DNA from: Acidimicrobiales bacterium
Lineage (GTDB): Bacteria > Actinomycetota > Acidimicrobiia > Acidimicrobiales > RAAP-2
DNA length: 64,000 nt
Assembly (NCBI GenBank): GCA_035534835.1
Contig: DATLRE010000053.1
Location: 523-64,522 of the forward strand
Direction of reading: 5' to 3'
A program made the translations under genes and the position numbers. The number at the start of each line of letters is the position of its first letter. The first letter of the stretch is position 1. This document shows positions 13,306 to 22,611 of the stretch, piece by piece. The notes under the pieces are model-generated. The model was not told the DNA's origin, ran no database searches, and saw only the letters and a program-made list of their open reading frames with translations.

Positions 13306-13782
13306 TCAGCCGCCCAGTCCGAGCAGCAGCGTCAACGACCCGTCGACGCCGCCGACCTCGACGAAGCCCAGCCGCCGGTAGAGCCGGAGCGCCGGGTTGT
13401 CGGGCTCGACGCTCAGGCTGAGGCCCGGTAGTCCGGCGTCGACGGCCCGGGTGATCAGCTCACCCAGCAGCGTGGCGCCTATGCCCCGGCCCCGGAATCG
13501 CCCGACGACGCCGACGGCGATCTCGGGAATCCCCTCGTCGACGAAGCCGAAGCCCGGGTCCCAACCCGTGAAGTGCCGCCACCACGCGGCTCCGACGGGG
13601 TCGCCGGACACGGCGACCACGCCGGTGTCGCCCGTCCGGGGCCAGCCGTCGACGTAGTGCCAGACCCCGTCCAGCTCCGGCAGCCGTGCGACCGGTCGGG
13701 GGACGGTTCCGGGTCGCCAGTCGAACGCCACCGCCAGCATGGCCGCCAGGAAGCCGGCGTCGTCCGCCGTGGCGACCCGCAC
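13306..13782 (-). CDS. GNAT family N-acetyltransferase
   Basis: Only the last 158 codons of track ORF 13306..14850 are protein-like. GTG 13782 gives MRVATADDAGFLAAM... IAVGVVGRFRGRGIGATLL (acetyl-CoA R/Q-x-x-G-x-G loop), NPALRLYRRLGF. Confidence 0.8.
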   Translation of the reverse strand: MRVATADDAGFLAAMLAVAFDWRPGTVPRPVARLPELDGVWHYVDGWPRTGDTGVVAVSGDPVGAAWWRHFTGWDPGFGFVDEGIPEIAVGVVGRFRGRGIGATLLGELITRAVDAGLPGLSLSVEPDNPALRLYRRLGFVEVGGVDGSLTLLLGLGG

Positions 13783-13817
13783 CTCGACCTCCGGCGTGCC
13801 GCCTCCCGGGAATGGGC

Positions 13818-14099
13818 TCAACCGGCAGGGACCTTCCACCCCCGGGACTCGGCGATCTCCTTGCACGTGGGACAGACCGGGTAGCGCTTCGGGTTGCGAC
13901 CCGGCACCCAGATCTTGCCGCACAGTGCCTTGACGGCCGTGCCGTTGACCATGCCCTCGACCACCGACGGACCCGCCGAGACGAAGTCGCCCTTCTCCGG
14001 GCGGAAGCCCTCGAGGACGATGTGGGACATCCGCTCGTGGTCGCCGTCGAGCTGCGGGTCGACGTGGGTGGGGGCGAGCGTGGTGCCTGCGTCGGTCAT
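13818..14099 (-). CDS. DUF3039 family protein (conserved actinobacterial)
   Basis: ATG 14099 gives MTDAGTTLAPTHVD...HIVLEGF...ALCGKIWVPGRNPKRYPVCPTCKEIAESRGW, the characteristic DUF3039 C-terminal motif. Confidence 0.8.
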   Translation of the reverse strand: MTDAGTTLAPTHVDPQLDGDHERMSHIVLEGFRPEKGDFVSAGPSVVEGMVNGTAVKALCGKIWVPGRNPKRYPVCPTCKEIAESRGWKVPAG

Positions 14100-14196
14100 G
14101 CCGCCCAGGATCGCGCATCCGCCGCCCGACCGCAGGACGGGCGCGTACGCCGGAGCGGCGGGGCCGGGCACGCCGGCACGCCCCTAGGCTTGGGCC

Positions 14197-14802
14197 ATGC
14201 CCGCTCGCACCCTGGTCCTCGCCTCGGGCTCCCCCGCGCGGCTGAAGCTCCTGCGTGACTCCGGGTTCGACCCGGTGGTCCGGGTCAGCGGCGTCGACGA
14301 GGACGGCATCGATCCGGCCGACACCCCCGGTTCGGTGGCCCGCCTGGCCGCCGCCAAGGCCGAGGCCGTGGCCCGACCCGGCGGGAACGCCCTCGTGGTC
14401 GGCTGCGACTCGATGCTGGAGTTCGACGGCCGCCCCCACGGCAAGCCGATCTCGATCGGGGAGGCCCGCACGTGGCTCGCGGCCATGCGGGGCCGCAGCG
14501 GCGTCCTCTACACGGGACACAGCGTCATCGACGAGGCCACCGGCGCGCGTGCCCATGCCGTCGTCGGCACCACCGTGCTGTTCGGGGACACCACCGACGC
14601 CGAGCTGGACGCCTACCTGTCGGGCCCGGACGTCCTCGAGGTCGCCGGAGCGTTCACCCTCGACGGTCGCTCGGCCCCGTTCGTGGACGGTATCGTCGGC
14701 GACCCCGGCAACGTGATCGGCCTGTCGCTGCCCGCGCTGCGGTCGCTGCTCGGGGAGTTGGGCGTGTCCATCACCGACCTCTGGCGGGATTGCGGACGGT
14801 GA
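14197..14802 (+). CDS. maf: Maf-like nucleoside triphosphate pyrophosphatase
   Basis: LVLASGSPARLKLL, VVGCDSMLEFDG..GKP, AGAFTLDG are Maf family motifs. Confidence 0.9.
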   Translation: MPARTLVLASGSPARLKLLRDSGFDPVVRVSGVDEDGIDPADTPGSVARLAAAKAEAVARPGGNALVVGCDSMLEFDGRPHGKPISIGEARTWLAAMRGRSGVLYTGHSVIDEATGARAHAVVGTTVLFGDTTDAELDAYLSGPDVLEVAGAFTLDGRSAPFVDGIVGDPGNVIGLSLPALRSLLGELGVSITDLWRDCGR

Positions 14803-15965
14803 CCGTCCACACCGCGGACGCGGGTTCCCGGACGGCCGCGCCGGCGGCACCCCGGCTCGATCTGGGGAACCTGGTCGTGGACGTCCCGGTGGTGCTCGCC
14901 CCGATGGCGGGCGTCACCAACAGCGCCTTCCGCACCCTCTGCCGCACCTACGGCGCCGGGCTCTACGTGAGCGAGATGGTGACCGCCCGGGCTCTCGTCG
15001 AGGGAAGCGCCAAGACCCTGGGCATGGCCTCGTTCGGCGACGACGAGACCGTCCGCAGCGTGCAGCTCTCGAGCGTCGATCCGACGGTGATGGGCCGGGC
15101 CGTCCGGCGCCTCGTCGACGAGATCGGCGTCGACCACATCGACCTCAACTTCGGCTGCCCGGCCGGCAAGGTCACCCGGCAGGGCGCGGGCGCCGCCCTG
15201 CCCGTCCACCGCACGCTCTACCGCGACATCGTCCGGGCCGCCGTGACCGAGGCCGGAACGGTGCCCGTCACCGTGAAGCTCCGCATCGGGGTCGACGCCG
15301 ACCACGAGACCTACCTCGAGTCGGGACACATCGCCGAAGGCGAGGGGGTCTCGGCGGTGACCCTGCACGCCCGCACCGCCGAGCAGCTCTACTCGGGCAG
15401 TGCCGACTGGGACGCCATCGGCCGGCTCAAGCAGGCCGTGACCACGATCCCCGTGCTCGGCAACGGCGACCTCTGGGAGGCGGCCGACGCCGTGGCCATG
15501 ATGGCAGCCACCGGCTGCGACGGGGTCGTCGTGGGACGGGGCTGCCTCGGCCGCCCCTGGCTGTTCCGGGACCTCACCGCCGCCCTGTCCGGCGATCCGG
15601 TGCCCGCCCCGCCGGGGCTCGGCGAGATCTGCTCGATGATGCTCGTCCACCTCGACCTCCTGTGCGGCCTGTTCGGCGAGGAGCTGGGAACGCGGCAGTT
15701 CCGCAAGCACACCGGCTGGTATCTGACCGGGTTCCCCGTGGGCTCCGTGGTCCGGCGCGATCTGGCGCTGGCCTCGACGGTCGCCGAGGTGACCGGGCTG
15801 CTCGACGGGCTCGACCGGACGCTGCCCTTCCCGCCCGAGGCGTTGCGGATGGCCCGCGGGCACACCAACGGCCCCCGTCCCGTCCACCTGCCCGACCGTT
15901 GGCTGGAGACCGTCGACGATCCCACACCGCCGGCCGGCGGCGACCTGCTCGTGTCGGGCGGATGA
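14799..15965 (+). CDS. dus: tRNA-dihydrouridine synthase
   Basis: GTG 14799 overlaps the maf TGA (GTGA). LAPMAGVTNSAFR, IDLNFGCPAGKV, VTLHARTAEQLYSG.ADW, GNGD are Dus/FMN TIM-barrel motifs. Confidence 0.9.
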   Translation: MTVHTADAGSRTAAPAAPRLDLGNLVVDVPVVLAPMAGVTNSAFRTLCRTYGAGLYVSEMVTARALVEGSAKTLGMASFGDDETVRSVQLSSVDPTVMGRAVRRLVDEIGVDHIDLNFGCPAGKVTRQGAGAALPVHRTLYRDIVRAAVTEAGTVPVTVKLRIGVDADHETYLESGHIAEGEGVSAVTLHARTAEQLYSGSADWDAIGRLKQAVTTIPVLGNGDLWEAADAVAMMAATGCDGVVVGRGCLGRPWLFRDLTAALSGDPVPAPPGLGEICSMMLVHLDLLCGLFGEELGTRQFRKHTGWYLTGFPVGSVVRRDLALASTVAEVTGLLDGLDRTLPFPPEALRMARGHTNGPRPVHLPDRWLETVDDPTPPAGGDLLVSGG

Positions 15966-17470
15966 CGATCGACCGGGTCCGCGCGCCGACCCCGCGCCGC
16001 GGCCGGGCCGCCGTGGCCGGGGCCAACGGGTTCGTGGGCCGCAACCTGGTCCCCCACCTGGTGGACCGGGGTTGGACGGTCCGTGCGCTGGTGCGCGATC
16101 CGAGCACCGTCGATGCCCGGGACCACGTCGAGGTCCACGTCGCCGACGTGGGCGACAGTGCGGCCGTGGCCGACGCCCTGGCCGGCTGCGAGGTGGCCTA
16201 CTACCTCGTCCACGCCCTGTCCGGCGGTACGGGCTTCGCCGAGCGGGACCAGGTCCTGGCCCGGTCGTTCGCGCGGGCGGCGTCCGATGCCGGCGTGGGC
16301 CGCATCGTCTACCTGGGCGGTCTCGGGCACGAGGGGCTGTCCACCCACCTCGCCAGCCGCCAGGAGGTCGGCGGGCTCCTCGGCTCCACCGGTGTGCCCG
16401 TCGTCGAGCTCCGTGCCGCCGTGGTCCTCGGAGCCGGCAGCATCTCCTTCGAAATGCTCCGCTACCTGACCGAACGACTCCCGATGATGGTCTGCCCCCG
16501 CTGGGTGACCACCCCGACCCAGCCGATCGCCCTCGTCGACCTGATGGCCTACCTGTCCGAGTCGGTGTCCGTGGATCCGGGCGTCTACGAGGTCGGGTGC
16601 ACCGACGCCACCACCTACCGGCAGATGATGGACACCTACGCCGACGTCCGTGGCCTGCGGCGCCGTCTGGTGGTCGAGGTGCCCGTCCTCACCCCGGCAC
16701 TGTCGGCCCACTGGGTCGACCTGGTCACCCCGGTCGACGCCTCGGTCAGCCACGCCCTCATCGCGAGCCTCACCAGCGAGGTCACCGTGCGCACCCGCGA
16801 ACGCACCGACGCCGCCTTCACCGTGCGGCCGCGCTCGGTGGCCCAGGCCATCGGGGACGCACTCGACGACCAGGCCGACCGGATCGGCGCCACGCTGTTC
16901 GCCCGCCGGCACGGTCTCGACGAGGGCGTCTACACCGACCGGAGCGCGATCCGGGTGCACCCCCGCGACGTGCGTACGGACGGATCGGTGTCGGGGTTCG
17001 ACGAGGATCTGGACGACTGCGGCGGCCGGCTCTCCTGGTACGGACTGCCCTTCGCCTGGCTCCTGCGGATCCGCCTGGGCAACCTGTTCGGCGAGGACCT
17101 GCGGCTGGGCCGGCCCGGGCCGGTCGAGCTCGGGGCGACCGTCGACTGGTGGACGGTCGCGGAGCGGGAACCCGAGGTCCTGGTCCTGCAGGCACGGGAC
17201 TGGTTCTGCGGAGAGGCCTGGCTCGGGTTCCGGGTCTCCCCCACCCTCCCGACGACGATCGAGCAGGTGGGCGCGTTGCGCACGAGGGGCGTCCTCGGCA
17301 TGGCGTACTGGTGGCTGCTCTGGCCGGTCCACCGGTACGCGTTCGGGGCCATGGTGCGGCACCGCCGGGTGCGGGCGCACCGGACCGCGCGTCGACTGCG
17401 CCGCCGCGGGGCCCCGGCGCCCGGCGGGGCGGCCCGGCCCACGGTCGGACACGGACGCACGGGCCGCTGA
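15962..17470 (+). CDS. NAD(P)-binding (NmrA/SDR-like) protein with C-terminal DUF2867-like domain
   Basis: ATG 15962 overlaps the dus TGA (ATGA). VAGANGFVGRNLV Rossmann loop. C-terminal half WWTVAEREPEVLVLQARDWFCGEAWLGF is typical of DUF2867 fusions. Confidence 0.72.
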   Translation: MTIDRVRAPTPRRGRAAVAGANGFVGRNLVPHLVDRGWTVRALVRDPSTVDARDHVEVHVADVGDSAAVADALAGCEVAYYLVHALSGGTGFAERDQVLARSFARAASDAGVGRIVYLGGLGHEGLSTHLASRQEVGGLLGSTGVPVVELRAAVVLGAGSISFEMLRYLTERLPMMVCPRWVTTPTQPIALVDLMAYLSESVSVDPGVYEVGCTDATTYRQMMDTYADVRGLRRRLVVEVPVLTPALSAHWVDLVTPVDASVSHALIASLTSEVTVRTRERTDAAFTVRPRSVAQAIGDALDDQADRIGATLFARRHGLDEGVYTDRSAIRVHPRDVRTDGSVSGFDEDLDDCGGRLSWYGLPFAWLLRIRLGNLFGEDLRLGRPGPVELGATVDWWTVAEREPEVLVLQARDWFCGEAWLGFRVSPTLPTTIEQVGALRTRGVLGMAYWWLLWPVHRYAFGAMVRHRRVRAHRTARRLRRRGAPAPGGAARPTVGHGRTGR

Positions 17471-17575
17471 CCGACCGGGTGCCTCGGTGTGGGAGACTGG
17501 GGGCAGACCGCGCCGGGGACTCCCTGCGCCCCGACGGGAGCCCCCCGCACCGGACCGGTCGCCCCTCCCCTCCCC

Positions 17576-19174
17576 ATGATCGTCGGATCCTCCCTCACCA
17601 TCGAGATCGGTGACCGCACCCTGCTGCGCGACGCGTCCTTCGTCGTCGGCGCCGGGGAGAAGGTCGGCCTGGTCGGGCGCAACGGCACGGGCAAGTCGAC
17701 CTTCATCTCCGTCGTCATCAACGAGCCCGGCCGGAACGTGCGCTCCACCGGGAGCGCGGCCATCCGCGGCACTTACGGCTACCTCCCGCAGGTCCCGGAG
17801 CCCCACGGCCTCGGCCTCGAACCCAACGGCTTCTCCCACGTGCTGTCCGGGCGCGGCCTCGACGTGCTCGATGACGCCCTCGGCAAGGCCCGCACCCAGA
17901 TGGCCAAGGACCCGACGACCGAGAACATCGCCCTCTTCTCCGACCTGGAGGAGCAGTTCCGGGAGAACGGGGGCTACGAGGCCGAGGCGACGATGGCCCG
18001 CCTGGCCGACGGTCTCGGCCTGCGCCAGGAGCTGCTGCTCGAGGAGATCGAGAGCCTGTCCGGCGGGCAGCGGCGGCGCGTCGACCTGATCCGGATCCTC
18101 TTCCAGGGCCCGGACACCATGATCCTGGACGAGCCGACCAACCACCTCGACCGGCCGGCCAAAGCGTGGCTCATGGACGAACTCGAGCGGTTCCCCGGGG
18201 CCATCCTGGTCGTCTCGCACGACCTGAAGCTGCTCGACCGGTCGATCAACAAGGTGCTCCACCTGTCCGATGCCCGGCTGACAGAGTTCAAGGGCACCTA
18301 CTCCTCGTACCTGGTGCAGCTCGAAGCCGACCAGTCCCAGCGCGAGCGCTCGGCCCAGCTCGAGGGCCGCGAGATCGACCGGCTCGCCAAGCTGGCCGAC
18401 TCGATGCGCGGCAGCACCAACCGGCGGGCCCGCATCGCCAAGTCGCTCGACAAGCGTGTCGAGCGCCTCGAGTCGGGCCGCACCGAGGTCCACAAGCGCG
18501 AGAGGAAGAGCTCGTTCAAGCTGCCGACCCCGGCGCGCTCCGGCGAGGTCCCTCTGCGGGTGTCGGACCTCGCCGTCCGGTACGACGACAAGACCGTGCT
18601 GGCCGACGTCGACTTCCACTGCCGTCGCGGCGACCGGGTCGTCGTGATCGGCAGGAACGGGGCCGGCAAGTCCAGCCTGCTGCGCTGCCTCGCCGGCGTC
18701 CAGGAGCCGACGGAGGGGACCGTGGAGCCCGGGGCCAACGTGGCCCTCGGGTACTTCGCCCAGGAGCACGAGCAGGTCGACCTCGGGGTCAGCGTGCTCG
18801 ACAACATCGACGACCGGATCCTGACCAAGGAGACCGAGCGCCGGGCCCTCCTGGGCTCGTTCGGGCTGGTGGGCGACGTCGCCTACCAGATGCCGAAGAC
18901 GCTGTCGGGCGGCGAGCGGGCCAAGCTCGGCCTCGCCATGCTCGCCGCCGGCCAGGCCAACGTGCTGCTCCTCGACGAGCCCACCAACAACCTCGATCCG
19001 ACCTCGATCGAGGCGGTCGGGACGATGCTGGCCAACTGGCCCGGCACCATCATCGTGGTCAGCCACGACCGGGCCTTCGTCGAGGCCATGGAGCCCACCC
19101 ATGCCCTCAAGCTGCCCGAGGAGGTCTTCACCCACTGGCGCGACGACTACCTCGACATGGTGGAGATGAAGTAG
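17576..19174 (+). CDS. ABC-F family ATPase (two cassettes, no TM domain)
   Basis: Cassette 1: GRNGTGKST / LSGGQRRRV / ILDEPTNHLD. Cassette 2: GRNGAGKSS / LSGGERAKL / LLDEPTNNLD. Charged inter-domain linker. Start is ATG 17576. Confidence 0.9.
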   Translation: MIVGSSLTIEIGDRTLLRDASFVVGAGEKVGLVGRNGTGKSTFISVVINEPGRNVRSTGSAAIRGTYGYLPQVPEPHGLGLEPNGFSHVLSGRGLDVLDDALGKARTQMAKDPTTENIALFSDLEEQFRENGGYEAEATMARLADGLGLRQELLLEEIESLSGGQRRRVDLIRILFQGPDTMILDEPTNHLDRPAKAWLMDELERFPGAILVVSHDLKLLDRSINKVLHLSDARLTEFKGTYSSYLVQLEADQSQRERSAQLEGREIDRLAKLADSMRGSTNRRARIAKSLDKRVERLESGRTEVHKRERKSSFKLPTPARSGEVPLRVSDLAVRYDDKTVLADVDFHCRRGDRVVVIGRNGAGKSSLLRCLAGVQEPTEGTVEPGANVALGYFAQEHEQVDLGVSVLDNIDDRILTKETERRALLGSFGLVGDVAYQMPKTLSGGERAKLGLAMLAAGQANVLLLDEPTNNLDPTSIEAVGTMLANWPGTIIVVSHDRAFVEAMEPTHALKLPEEVFTHWRDDYLDMVEMK

Positions 19175-19249
19175 GCGCGCCCCGCTTGACACCCGTGCCC
19201 ACCGTGGCGACGCTCGCCCTGTGGGCAGGACGCTCCCCCCGCTGACCCG

Positions 19250-19279
19250 CCCCCCGGCCGACAGGCGGTCGCCGGGGGG
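19250..19279. terminator. GC-rich hairpin between convergent ABC-F and SPFH genes
   Basis: CCCCCCGGC..GAC / GTC..GCCGGGGGG imperfect stem in the 122-nt convergent spacer. No clear U tract. Confidence 0.35.
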
Positions 19280-19296
19280 TCCCGTGTGCCGATCGG

Positions 19297-20295
19297 TCAG
19301 GCAGCCGGCTTGCCGTTGCCCGCCGCGGCCACCTCGGTGACCGCCCCGGCGTCCTTCATGGCGTCGACGAGCACCGAGGCCGCGCCGACCAGTCCGGCGG
19401 CCTCGTAGGGGACGACCACCTTGGCGTTCGGCGACGTGGCGACGGCCTGGAGCGCACGGAGCTGCATGATGGCCAGGGTGTTCGGGTTGATCCCGACCTT
19501 GTCGATGGCGTCGAGCGCGGCGGCCTCGCCCTCACCCCGCAGCTGGGCGGCGCGCTTCTCCCCGTCGGCCCGCAGCTCCAGTACCTGCTTCTGGGCCTCG
19601 GCCGCCAGGATCGACGCCTGCTTCTGGCCCTCGGCCTCGAGCACGTTGGCCTGCTTGCGTCCCTCGGCACTGTTGATCGCCGACTGCTGCTCGCCCTCGG
19701 ACTTCAAGATGGCCGCCCGCTTGTGCTGCTCGGCCTCCTTCTGCTCGGACATGGCCTGGAGGACGTTGGTCGGCGGCGTGATGTCGAGGATCTCGATGCG
19801 GTTCAGGCGGACACCCCACTTGAGGGTGGCCTCGGCCATGTGGTCCTGCATCTTTGCGTTGATGGTCTCGCGCTCGGACAGGGACTCGTCCAGGGTCAGT
19901 TCGCCGAACACGGCGCGGAGCGCGGTCCGGGCCATCTGGTCGATGGCGAGTCCGAAGTCGTTGACCTCGAACAGGGCCAGCTTCACGTCGGTGACCTGAC
20001 AGAAGATCGTGGCGCTCACCCACAGCGACACGTTGTCCTTGGTGATCACGGCCTGCTGGTCGCCAGTGCGGGGGAACTCCCGGATGTCGACCTTGTCCAT
20101 CCGGTCGGCCAGGGGCAGGAGCACGTGGAGGCCGGGCTGCTTGATCGTCCGGAACTCACCGAAGCGCTTCACCACGCCGACGCACCCCTGCTGGACGACC
20201 TTCAGGCTCGACTTCAGGAAGGCGACGATGAAGGCGAAGACGAAGAACCCCACCACCGCCGCTCCGATGGCCAGTGCTGCCGAACCGATGATCAT
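19297..20295 (-). CDS. SPFH/Band-7 (stomatin/slipin-like) membrane protein
   Basis: N-terminal TM helix MIIGSAALAIGAAVVGFFVFAFIV, then VVQQGCVGVVKRFGEF..., LNRIEILDITPP, and a long E/A/Q-rich coiled coil. ATG 20295 is preferred (GGGAGG RBS) over GTG 20316. Confidence 0.9.
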   Translation of the reverse strand: MIIGSAALAIGAAVVGFFVFAFIVAFLKSSLKVVQQGCVGVVKRFGEFRTIKQPGLHVLLPLADRMDKVDIREFPRTGDQQAVITKDNVSLWVSATIFCQVTDVKLALFEVNDFGLAIDQMARTALRAVFGELTLDESLSERETINAKMQDHMAEATLKWGVRLNRIEILDITPPTNVLQAMSEQKEAEQHKRAAILKSEGEQQSAINSAEGRKQANVLEAEGQKQASILAAEAQKQVLELRADGEKRAAQLRGEGEAAALDAIDKVGINPNTLAIMQLRALQAVATSPNAKVVVPYEAAGLVGAASVLVDAMKDAGAVTEVAAAGNGKPAA

Positions 20296-20399
20296 GGCGA
20301 CCACCTCCCACCGCACACCTTACGCACCGGAGCGCCCGGTCACTGCAGGTCGTCCCCATCCCCCGCGTCCGGGCCCGGACCGGTCGGGCGGACGGCCGT

Positions 20400-20612
20400 T
20401 CAGGCCCCGTCCGCCGGATAGCAGACGAGCACGCCTCGCTCGACGTCGGCGACCACGACCGTGGTGCCGGGGGCGATCACCGTGCCCGGGAACAGCGGGC
20501 GGGCGAACCACTCCTCGCCGCGGGCGAGGACCGATCCGGGAGAGTGGCTGGTCGCCAGCTCCTTGGTGACCACCGCCGTCTCTCCCACCATGCCCGGGAC
20601 ACCGTTCAACAT
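20400..20612 (-). CDS. NfeD-like OB-fold protein lacking the usual membrane domain
   Basis: 70 aa. GETAVVTKEL..SPGSVLARGEEWFARP...IAPGTTVVVADVERGVLVCYP matches the NfeD C-terminal beta-barrel pattern. AGGAG RBS. It lies upstream of the SPFH gene as in nfeD-SPFH operons. Confidence 0.62.
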   Translation of the reverse strand: MLNGVPGMVGETAVVTKELATSHSPGSVLARGEEWFARPLFPGTVIAPGTTVVVADVERGVLVCYPADGA

Positions 20613-20792
20613 CTCCGACTCCTGCCTACCGGCGTCCGGACCCGGGCACGGCCGCAGGCGCCACCGGACCCCGGGGGCCGGCCGCTCGGCCGCTGTACCG
20701 GCGCGGTGTCGGGATCACGTGCACACTCCCGCACTATACGGGACGTCCCCACCGGGCCCCGCCCGCGCCCCGGCACCGGGATACCGTGGGTC

Positions 20793-21668
20793 ATGGCTCC
20801 CCGCTCGTTCCCGTCCCCCGTCTCCGCCGTCACGGCGAGGAAGACCTGGCGGACGGTCGAGCCGCTGCACGGCATGGTCTACTTCGCCCCCGAGGCCGAC
20901 GAGTCCTACCGGCGCCTGGGTCTCGAGGGCCAGTCCGGGTACTTCGCCTCCCGGTCCGCGCCGATGGGTGCGGTGTCGCCCGGCACCGTGACCGCCACCT
21001 TCTTCAACTTCCGGCCCTCCCTCGTCCACGAGGCGATGGCGGGCGTCTGGGACGCCACGACACCGGCCGCCGTCCTGGACGCACGCAGGTCCGCAGCCGG
21101 GGCTGCCCTCCGTCGGATGCTCGGCGACTCGGCCGGCGGCGCCGACGTGGCCGCCGCCGCCGACCTGGCCCGTCGGGCCGCGCTGTCCGCATGCGACCAT
21201 CCCGAGGGCCGACCGCTGTTCGCCGGGCACGCCGGTCTGCCGTGGCCCGAGGACCCGCTCGAGGTGCTGTGGCACGCCCAGACACTGCTGCGAGAGTTCC
21301 GCGGCGACGGCCACGTCGCGCTCCTGGTCGACCACGGGCTCGACGCGCTCGAGGCGCTCGTGATGCACGAGGCCACGGGCGAGCTCCCCGTCGCCTTCCT
21401 CCGGGCCACACGGGGATGGTCGGACGACGAGTGGGCGGCCGCCACCGAACGCCTGCGCGGCCGTGGCTGGCTCCGCCCCGGCGGATCACCCGAGCACCTG
21501 GCGCTCAGCGAGGAGGGTGCTGCCGTGCGCGGTGCCATCGAGGAGGCGACCGACCGGCTGTCGGTGGTCGCCTACGAGGCCATCGGCGAGGAGGGGTGCG
21601 ACGCGCTCCGGGGCCTTGCGCGTCCCCTGTCGCGGACCGTCGTGGCCGCGTCGGGCATGGGCGGCTGA
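20793..21668 (+). CDS. conserved actinobacterial hypothetical protein (SCO6745-family-like)
   Basis: ATG 20793. WRTVEPLHGMVYFAPEADESYRRLGLEGQSGYFASRSAPMGAV...TATFFNFRP...LLREFRGDGHVALL resembles the family annotated as SCO6745 family. Recognised from memory only. Confidence 0.55.
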   Translation: MAPRSFPSPVSAVTARKTWRTVEPLHGMVYFAPEADESYRRLGLEGQSGYFASRSAPMGAVSPGTVTATFFNFRPSLVHEAMAGVWDATTPAAVLDARRSAAGAALRRMLGDSAGGADVAAAADLARRAALSACDHPEGRPLFAGHAGLPWPEDPLEVLWHAQTLLREFRGDGHVALLVDHGLDALEALVMHEATGELPVAFLRATRGWSDDEWAAATERLRGRGWLRPGGSPEHLALSEEGAAVRGAIEEATDRLSVVAYEAIGEEGCDALRGLARPLSRTVVAASGMGG

Positions 21669-21711
21669 GCGGCCGGCGTCGCGACCGGCGTCGCGGGCCC
21701 GCCCGTAACCG

Positions 21712-22611
21712 TCAGGCGTCCCGTCGCACCAGCAGCCACGCGGCCAGGGCGACCACGATCGCCGCGTACAGGGTGAGGAGCCCGACGGCGGCCCAGGGCG
21801 CGAGCAGCACCCCGGCGAAGTCCGTCTTCCGGGATGTCACCAGGATCATGGCCAGGCCGAGATTGGAGGGCAGGAACTTCTCGAACGAGCGCGTGAGGCT
21901 CGACGGCAGGATCTGCACGATGAGCGGCAGCACGAGCAGGATCCCCACGAAGGCGGAGATCGCCCCGGCGGTGTGGCGCAGGACGAACCCGATCGCGCAG
22001 GCGAGGAGGGTCAGGAGCAGGAGGTAGACGCCGCACAGGAACACGGCCCGCAGCGCGCCCGGGTCGGTGATGGAGACCACCGGGACAGTGGGGCTGTGGA
22101 CCTGGTCGAGGATCGTGCTCCCGGCGGGCAGTGCTCGGCCGCCGTGGGCCAGCAGCACCTCCTGGCCGACGAAGAACGAGGCGAAGGCCGTGACCTCGCT
22201 GACCACGAAGACCACCGCCCCGATCACCAGCAGCTTGGCGGCCAGCACCGTCGTCCGCCGGGACGTGGTGGCCAGCGTGGTGCGGATGGACCCGGTCCCG
22301 TACTCCGAGGTGATGACGAGGGCACCCAGGACCCCCACCACGAACTGGGAGAGGAACTCGCCCGTCTGGCTGAACCGCACGGGGTCGAACTGGGCCCGGT
22401 CGGCGAACCCGAGCTGGCCCCAGCGACCGCCCTCGACACTCGACACCAGGACGGACAGCCCGATGCCCGCGACCACGATGACGGCCAGGCTGATCCACGT
22501 CGAGCGCACCGACCGGAGTTTCGTCCACTCCGACCGGACCTGGTTGCGCAGTCCGGCCCGACCGTGGTCGAAGGCGGGGAGCGCGACCGGCGGCACCGTC
22601 GCCGTGGTCAC
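21712..22611 (-). CDS. ABC-2 type transporter permease
   Basis: 299 aa, six hydrophobic segments. EWTKLRSVRSTW..., ITSEYGTGSIRTTL is typical of ABC-2 exporter permeases. 4-nt overlap with the upstream ATPase gene. Confidence 0.82.
   Translation of the reverse strand: MTTATVPPVALPAFDHGRAGLRNQVRSEWTKLRSVRSTWISLAVIVVAGIGLSVLVSSVEGGRWGQLGFADRAQFDPVRFSQTGEFLSQFVVGVLGALVITSEYGTGSIRTTLATTSRRTTVLAAKLLVIGAVVFVVSEVTAFASFFVGQEVLLAHGGRALPAGSTILDQVHSPTVPVVSITDPGALRAVFLCGVYLLLLTLLACAIGFVLRHTAGAISAFVGILLVLPLIVQILPSSLTRSFEKFLPSNLGLAMILVTSRKTDFAGVLLAPWAAVGLLTLYAAIVVALAAWLLVRRDA

Noticed and set aside
13306-14850. 514-aa ORF as one protein
   Set aside because: Only the C-terminal 158 codons look like a GNAT. 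The upstream part is antisense to maf and out of frame with the DUF3039 gene.
15389-19192. 1267-aa minus-strand ORF; similar giants at 25485..30551 (upstream part), 40292..43765, 56791..60237, 1971..4160, 9831..12194 and 48189..50027
   Set aside because: They run antisense to genes with unmistakable motifs (dus, ABC-F, P-type ATPase, SecA, GT2). Their translations are R/P/G/A-rich low-complexity strings with no recognisable domains. In a roughly 70% GC genome with high GC3, stop codons are rare in antisense frames. I treat them as shadow ORFs, not overlapping genes.
20613-20792. Frameshifted membrane domain of NfeD upstream of the 70-aa ORF
   Set aside because: No hydrophobic helix-like translation appears in any minus-strand frame there. 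The region looks like a divergent promoter spacer.
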